A stretch of DNA of 22,349 nt from Acidobacteriota bacterium. Lineage in GTDB: Bacteria > Acidobacteriota > Polarisedimenticolia > QHYA01. The DNA is taken from NCBI GenBank assembly GCA_003223995.1, contig QHYA01000163.1, forward strand, positions 1 to 22,349, read 5' to 3'. The notes below the pieces were generated by a model. That model was given only the letters and a program-made list of their open reading frames with translations. It was not told the origin of the DNA and did no database searches. Made by a program: the position numbers and the translations under genes. Below are positions 17,701 through 22,349 of the stretch, piece after piece (position 1 is the stretch's first letter; each line of letters opens with the position of its first letter).

Positions 17701-17879
17701 GTCAGGAGAAAGGAAATGCCGGCAGGCCGGAACGCGAGGCGGTTCAATGAGCACAGTTTAATCCCATCACCAGTCGGAATGCCGCATGAGGACGGCAAGG
17801 TCGAGTGAGGGGAGGCGGCCGACGCCCACCTGACCTCCACGTCGCTCGCCGATGAGGGGTGGGCTGACGGACGGCTCAA
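14675..17879 (-). pseudogene. Sensor histidine kinase with a periplasmic two-component-regulator propeller (Reg_prop repeats plus Y_Y_Y-type domain), a TM segment and HisKA/HATPase_c domains. It is interrupted by a +4 frameshift near 16550-16565, so it is either a pseudogene or a sequence error.
   Basis: The N-terminal ORF 16407..17879 has a signal/TM (…RLAFRPAGISFLLTASFLTPALAAS…; alternative TTG start at 17747) and 8+ Reg_prop repeats (…DGLSS..V.ai.eD.eG.LWiGT.gGl.r…). The C-terminal ORF 14675..16588 has further repeats, a TM (FLVGTALAVALSGFGL), HisKA (FVSGVSHELKTPL) and HATPase_c (GGYGLGLYLVRHIM). The two frames switch inside the tandem GACG-GACG-GACG at 16553-16564; deleting one unit restores …LSSNIVSSVWGIAEGDDGSLWIGT…. 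Confidence 0.6.
16553..16564. repeat. Tetranucleotide microsatellite (GACG)3 (CGTC on the coding strand) at the frameshift point inside the Reg_prop sensor kinase.
   Basis: gacggacggacg read directly in the sequence. The reading frames of ORFs 16407..17879 and 14675..16588 switch here. Confidence 0.7.
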
Positions 17880-18514
17880 GCCCAGAGGATCCTATGAGCA
17901 TGGATCGAGCGCGCCGTGAACCGAAAGCGGTAGAGATGCCGCGTCGTGCCGAGATCCACCGGCAACAGGATCTCGAACGTTCGGCCGATGTACCTCGACC
18001 CTCGCTCCAGCGCTTCTTCGCGCGTCCTCTCGGCGATGATGCCGCCATCGAAAGGCAAGTCGCTCACCCAGGTGTTGGGACGTCCGCCAATGCAACAACG
18101 CATCCACTCTTGCGGCCAGAGGAATACCTTCACCTCCGAGCCGGGCTCCACTCGATCCGGGGCCTTGCCTCGTTGCCTCGGACCCGCGACGTAGAGCCGG
18201 TGCTCTTTCCCCTGGGAGTCCGTGTAGCGTCCTTCCTCCAGGAGAAGACGCAGCGGTTGGCTCGCCTTGTCGCGGATCGTCACGATGATGCTTCCCAGCC
18301 TGACGTCGAAAGAAAAGGAGGCGATGTCATCGCTGGCGATCAGGTCCACCGCGCGCCCCGAGCTCGAGGTGTCGAGTGGGGTCTCCACGCCCGAGGTGAG
18401 GCGTGTGGCCGATGTCGCGAATTCGTAGTCGACCGTCCGTGCAATCCCGATCAGGCAGGAACTGCAAGTGAAGAGGGCGACGGCAGCTCCGAAAGCCCGG
18501 ACCCCGCTCTGCAT
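17876..18514 (-). CDS. Hypothetical lipoprotein / secreted protein.
   Basis: 212 aa. The N-terminus MQSGVRAFGAAVALFTCSSC is a signal peptide with Cys candidates for a lipobox. No family recognised. Its stop overlaps the first TTG start of the downstream Reg_prop kinase. Confidence 0.5.
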   Translation of the reverse strand: MQSGVRAFGAAVALFTCSSCLIGIARTVDYEFATSATRLTSGVETPLDTSSSGRAVDLIASDDIASFSFDVRLGSIIVTIRDKASQPLRLLLEEGRYTDSQGKEHRLYVAGPRQRGKAPDRVEPGSEVKVFLWPQEWMRCCIGGRPNTWVSDLPFDGGIIAERTREEALERGSRYIGRTFEILLPVDLGTTRHLYRFRFTARSIHAHRILWA

Positions 18515-18598
18515 GGCCGGTCAAGCTATCCCGAGGCAGGTTCGAACACAAGATGCAGCGTCCGGCCGATCGGTTCCAGTAATAGCCCGCCGGACAGA

Positions 18599-21500
18599 TC
18601 AGGAAGCAGATTTTGTCGGAGCAGCGACCGGTCCGGTCCTGCGGGCGGGCTCCGTGGTCGAAGCGGGAAGGGTAATCGTCATCACCGTGCCTGAGCCCGG
18701 ACGGCTGCGGGCTGTCAGGGTCCCCCCGTGCTCCTCCACGGCCCGCCGCGCGATCGCCATGCCGAGCCCGGTGCCCGTGGCGCGCGTGGAGAAGTAGGGC
18801 TCGAACATTCTTCCCAGGGTCGCCTCGTCCATTCCCTCGCCGGTGTCCGAGATCTCGATCTTCACGCTCCCGGGAGGCTCCTCCGCCACGCGGACGCGCA
18901 GCGTCCCGCCAGCCGGCATCGCCTGAAGGGCGTTGTCGATCAGGTTCACGAGGGCGCGGCGCAAGACCCGCGGATCGATCAGCACGGCAGGAGCCGGCCC
19001 GTAGTCCTCCTCTATCCGCACCCTCGGCGGCGGCGAGGCGCGATAGGGATGAAGCGACTCGCGCACGACCGCGGCGGCGTCGGCGGGGCGAGGCTGCAGC
19101 GCCGGAAGGCTGGCATACGAGGAGAACTCGGCCGAGATCTCCCGCAGCTCGCGGACCTGAGCGAGGATGGCGCTCACGCACTCCTCCAGGACCCTGCCGA
19201 GGGAGGGGTCCGCTTCACGGTGCAGCCTCAGCAGATGCTCTGCGGAGAGCTGGATCGGCGTGAGCGGATTCTTGATTTCGTGGGCGATGCTTCGAGCCAT
19301 CTCCGCCCAGGCGGCCAGACGGTTCGAGCGGACGATCTCGGTCAGGTCCTCCAGCAGGACGATCCGGCCCGGGTTGCCGGTCTCCTCCTCGCGCAGGGGA
19401 AGGATCACGCACCGCAGCCGCCTGTTCTCCGGGCCCGCGGGCAGGTCCACCTCGCGTTCGATCTTCGCGTCTCCTGCACTGGCGGCCTCCTCGAGCAGCC
19501 CGGCCACCGGCTCGAGCCCCGCCCGCGCACGGAAGAGCTCCGGAAGCGGGCTGCTTCCGGCATCCTCTCCGAGGTCCAGCATGAGCCGCGCGGCCGGATT
19601 GATCGTGCGGATGTATCCGGCCGGATCAATCGAGATCACGCCCGTCGTCGCGTTCAGGAGGATCTTCTCGATGTAGTCGGCCCGGCGGCGCAGATCCCTC
19701 CGCTGTCCCTCCAAAGCCTTCGCCATCTTGTTGAACGAATCGACCATCATTCCGGTCTCGTCCTTCGTTTTGACGGGCAGGCGGACGGAGTAGTCCCCCT
19801 CGGCCAGCCGGGCCGTGGCCTGCGTCAGATCGCGGATCGGGCCGGAGATCCTGCGCGAGGTGGCGAAGGCGATCGCCGCGAGCAACGCGCCCAGAAGCGC
19901 GGTCGCCGTCAGGAGCCCTTCGCCGAGCACGTCCGCCTCGTGACGCTGCTCCCTCTGCGGCTTGGTGAGCGGAACGGCGAGGACGCCTGTCTGGGAGGTG
20001 TCGGGGATGTCGATCGGAGCGTAGATGAAGTAGGCCTTCTCGGTCCCCAGGTTCTGCTCGCGGAGAGCGTAGGGGGCGCGCCGGTACAGCACCTGCTGTG
20101 CCACTTCTGCGTCCAGGCAGCGAGACAGCAGGCCGGTGGCGTATAGATCGGGCCTGCTTGCTGCGGCTAGCCGGCCGTCGACGAAGACCGACAGCTCCTG
20201 CCTGACGACACGGGAAAGCCAGAACAGAGCGTCGTCGCCGATCCGGGCAGGGGGCGTCTCTGACATCTCCGGGGCCTCGGCGCTCCGGCCCGTCTCGCCT
20301 GCGCTGCTCGCCGGCTGTCCCGGCGCACGCACCGCCTCGGCCGCGTGGCCTTCTTCTCCACCCACGGTCCGCGTTTCTCCGGCGCCTCCCTCGCCCGGAT
20401 GTTCCGCCGCAGCCGCGCTCGCTTCGAGGTAATCCTCCAGCAACCGCCGCGCCGTCTCGAGTACGGTGATTCCCTCCGTCTCGATCCTGGCGCTGGTGCG
20501 ATTGAGCACCTGGGCCCGGATGTAGGCGGACAGGCCGAGAAGCGGCAGCATGGAGGCCAGCATCAAGGCTGCCAGCAGGCGGCGCGAGTAGGACACCCGC
20601 AGGCTGTCGAGCCAGCCGACCGTCGCGGCGCGCAGGCTTGCGCGCGGAGCGACGGCCAGACTCAGACCTGCCCTCAATGCCAGGGCGCCGGCGATGGCGA
20701 GAACGGCGAAGCGGACGAAAGCCGAGAGCCGCTCGCTCCAGCCCCCTGCGGGATAGCCGATCGCAGCGACCTGCTTTCCAGCGAGGAAGTAGTACATGCT
20801 GTGAGCCCTGCCGCCGATTTCGACGTCCCCCCAGAGCGCGCTGTCCTCGCCAAGCCTTTCTCGCAAGCCGGTGGGAATGGAGGGGGGGCGGAGGGCGCTG
20901 GAATGGATCACCTTCCCATCGAGGGAGTAGAGCACCATGACCGGCTCTCCTCCGAGGTACTCGTCATAGATCGGATCCCGCCCTCCAGGGAACAGAGCAG
21001 CGACGAGAGGGTCGTTGCGCATGAAGAAGGTCAGGTTGTCGGGTTCACGGGAAAGCTGCACGACCAGGCGGCCGACGATCTCTTGCCCGTTCCGCAGCGG
21101 CGTCTCGCCGCGCAGCAAGGGGATCCGGAGAGTCAGCAGGCTGTAGGCGTCTTCTCGCACCGTTGTCCGCGGGCTGTCCGGTGGGTCCGTCGGGGAGCTT
21201 TTATAGATGCCGGGCGGCAGGTTGTAGGTGAACTCCGACCGCAGATGCCCCGTCCTGTCCAGCACCGAGAGGGCCGATTTCAAGCCATCAACCGCCAGCT
21301 CCGTCCGCGACCAGTAGTCGAAAGCCAGCGCGGGTCCGGCCGGATGCGTTTCTGGACTGCTGAGGGCGGACCAGCGAGGGTCCGTTTCCGCGTGCTTGAG
21401 GAGCTCTCCGATGATCGCGTCCCGCCGATTCTCGAGGCGGATCTCATCGCGCTGCAGGTTCTGCTCGACGAGGAGGCGGGAGGCCCGTTCGCCCCCGGCA

Positions 21501-22240
21501 ATGAGGGATGCGCCGGAGATCACGGTCGCGAGCGCCGCCAGGATGAAGCGAAACCGCGACGGTGAGCCGACAAGTCGCTCGCCCAGGCTCGCCGCTTCGC
21601 GGCCCGCCCCCGCGCGACCTGCTGACAGAGCCGTCAACAGCAGCATCAGCGCAGCGGCGGTCAGCGCGAGGGCCGAGGCCTGGAGCGCGAGGCGAGGGGC
21701 CTCGGGCTCCAGAAGCTGAAACCGGATCGGGTTGATGCGGGAAACAGACGGGAGTTGATAGATGAAGCTGATCGCCAGGGCAAGCCCCGCGGCGCCTATC
21801 AAGCCCAATCCGACACGGGTGGACAGATTCAAAGGCGGTTCGAGCAAGATCCCGGCGCGGCCACGCCTCCTCCGGAAAGGGGCTGTGCAGATATGCGCCG
21901 CGATGAGCAGCACGAAGGAGGAGAGGAACAGGTCCGCGGGCGATGAGAGCAGTCCAAACGGAGCCGGGACAGCGAAGGTCTCCGGACTCGCGAAAGACCA
22001 GGCGGCGGCCCGATCTCTCAGAAGCGGCGAGGCGCCGAGGCGGAGCGCGGCGAGAAGCAACAGGAGGACGCAGATTCCCGCCACCGATCCAGGCGGAGAA
22101 AGGGTGCCCTCCGCTGCCCCCAAGGGGCGGGGAAGAGCGAGCAGGGCGGAGATGAGGGCGGAGGCGATGGCCAGCTCGGAGAGAGCCTCGATCCATTCAC
22201 GGAACCGTTCGCTGCGGAAGACCGCGGAAACCGGCTCCAC
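18599..22240 (-). CDS. Large multi-TM sensor histidine kinase (NtrY-like architecture: N-terminal polytopic membrane domain, HAMP, PAS, HisKA, HATPase_c). The start is uncertain: the frame stays open to the window end at 22349, so the gene may begin outside the window.
   Basis: The C-terminal ~450 aa has HAMP (…RISGPIRDLTQATARLAEGDYSVRLPV…), PAS (…ILLNATTGVISIDPAGYIRTINPAA…), HisKA (…ARSIAHEIKNPLTPIQLSAEHL…) and HATPase_c (…LVNLIDNALQAM…ISDTGEGM…GTGLGMAIARR…). The N-terminus has ≥6 hydrophobic helices and a Gly/Glu/Ala-rich low-complexity linker. GTG at 22240 is the first in-frame start in the track. Confidence 0.75.
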   Translation of the reverse strand: MEPVSAVFRSERFREWIEALSELAIASALISALLALPRPLGAAEGTLSPPGSVAGICVLLLLLAALRLGASPLLRDRAAAWSFASPETFAVPAPFGLLSSPADLFLSSFVLLIAAHICTAPFRRRRGRAGILLEPPLNLSTRVGLGLIGAAGLALAISFIYQLPSVSRINPIRFQLLEPEAPRLALQASALALTAAALMLLLTALSAGRAGAGREAASLGERLVGSPSRFRFILAALATVISGASLIAGGERASRLLVEQNLQRDEIRLENRRDAIIGELLKHAETDPRWSALSSPETHPAGPALAFDYWSRTELAVDGLKSALSVLDRTGHLRSEFTYNLPPGIYKSSPTDPPDSPRTTVREDAYSLLTLRIPLLRGETPLRNGQEIVGRLVVQLSREPDNLTFFMRNDPLVAALFPGGRDPIYDEYLGGEPVMVLYSLDGKVIHSSALRPPSIPTGLRERLGEDSALWGDVEIGGRAHSMYYFLAGKQVAAIGYPAGGWSERLSAFVRFAVLAIAGALALRAGLSLAVAPRASLRAATVGWLDSLRVSYSRRLLAALMLASMLPLLGLSAYIRAQVLNRTSARIETEGITVLETARRLLEDYLEASAAAAEHPGEGGAGETRTVGGEEGHAAEAVRAPGQPASSAGETGRSAEAPEMSETPPARIGDDALFWLSRVVRQELSVFVDGRLAAASRPDLYATGLLSRCLDAEVAQQVLYRRAPYALREQNLGTEKAYFIYAPIDIPDTSQTGVLAVPLTKPQREQRHEADVLGEGLLTATALLGALLAAIAFATSRRISGPIRDLTQATARLAEGDYSVRLPVKTKDETGMMVDSFNKMAKALEGQRRDLRRRADYIEKILLNATTGVISIDPAGYIRTINPAARLMLDLGEDAGSSPLPELFRARAGLEPVAGLLEEAASAGDAKIEREVDLPAGPENRRLRCVILPLREEETGNPGRIVLLEDLTEIVRSNRLAAWAEMARSIAHEIKNPLTPIQLSAEHLLRLHREADPSLGRVLEECVSAILAQVRELREISAEFSSYASLPALQPRPADAAAVVRESLHPYRASPPPRVRIEEDYGPAPAVLIDPRVLRRALVNLIDNALQAMPAGGTLRVRVAEEPPGSVKIEISDTGEGMDEATLGRMFEPYFSTRATGTGLGMAIARRAVEEHGGTLTARSRPGSGTVMTITLPASTTEPARRTGPVAAPTKSAS

Positions 22241-22349
22241 GCGCGCCAGCGCGAGGACCCTTCCATCTCGGTCCCGCAGGGGGACGAGCTTCCCCGCCCC
22301 GGAAGCGCCCCCTGATGTTTCTGCGGGCAGCTCCTCCGTCGTCAGCCGA

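Noticed and set aside
18530-18560. GGTTCGAAC, a tRNA T-arm-like string in the spacer between the lipoprotein and the large kinase.
   Set aside because: No flanking complementary acceptor or T-stem sequence. No cloverleaf could be built.
1-22349. Mobile elements, CRISPR arrays, rRNA/tRNA genes, and a defence island.
   Set aside because: No transposase or integrase-like ORFs and no regularly spaced direct repeats were seen. The repeats noted are short (4-10 bp). GC content and coding density appear uniform, consistent with core chromosome rather than an acquired island.

Overview
This is a high-GC (~70%) bacterial chromosomal window of 22,349 bp. The Reg_prop/Y_Y_Y sensor kinase, the beta-propeller repeat protein and the weak Shine-Dalgarno sites suggest Acidobacteria or a related phylum. 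It contains mainly housekeeping and envelope/signalling genes. Plus strand, 1-7,002: the 3' end of priA, a bifunctional aroD-aroE fusion, a vapBC toxin-antitoxin pair, a lipoprotein, trpF, a class I-beta DAHP synthase with an N-terminal regulatory domain, and a 97-aa hypothetical protein. selD lies on the minus strand in this region and is itself a selenoprotein. Its in-frame UGA caused the ORF track to cut off the N-terminus. Minus strand, 7,021-22,240+: a beta-carbonic-anhydrase-like protein, nfeD and flotillin in tandem; a PIN-domain remnant; a D-aminoacylase-family amidohydrolase; and a secreted beta-propeller repeat protein. Upstream of these, co-oriented, are a large multi-TM NtrY-like histidine kinase, a lipoprotein, a Reg_prop/Y_Y_Y sensor kinase and an OmpR-family response regulator. 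The Reg_prop kinase is interrupted by a +4 frameshift at a GACGx3 microsatellite. No rRNA, tRNA, CRISPR array, transposase or integrase was recognised. The most noteworthy points are the Sec-containing selD, the frameshifted sensor kinase, a TGTCAA-N4-TGTCAA direct repeat between the response regulator and the propeller gene, and the carbonic-anhydrase-like/nfeD/flotillin module.
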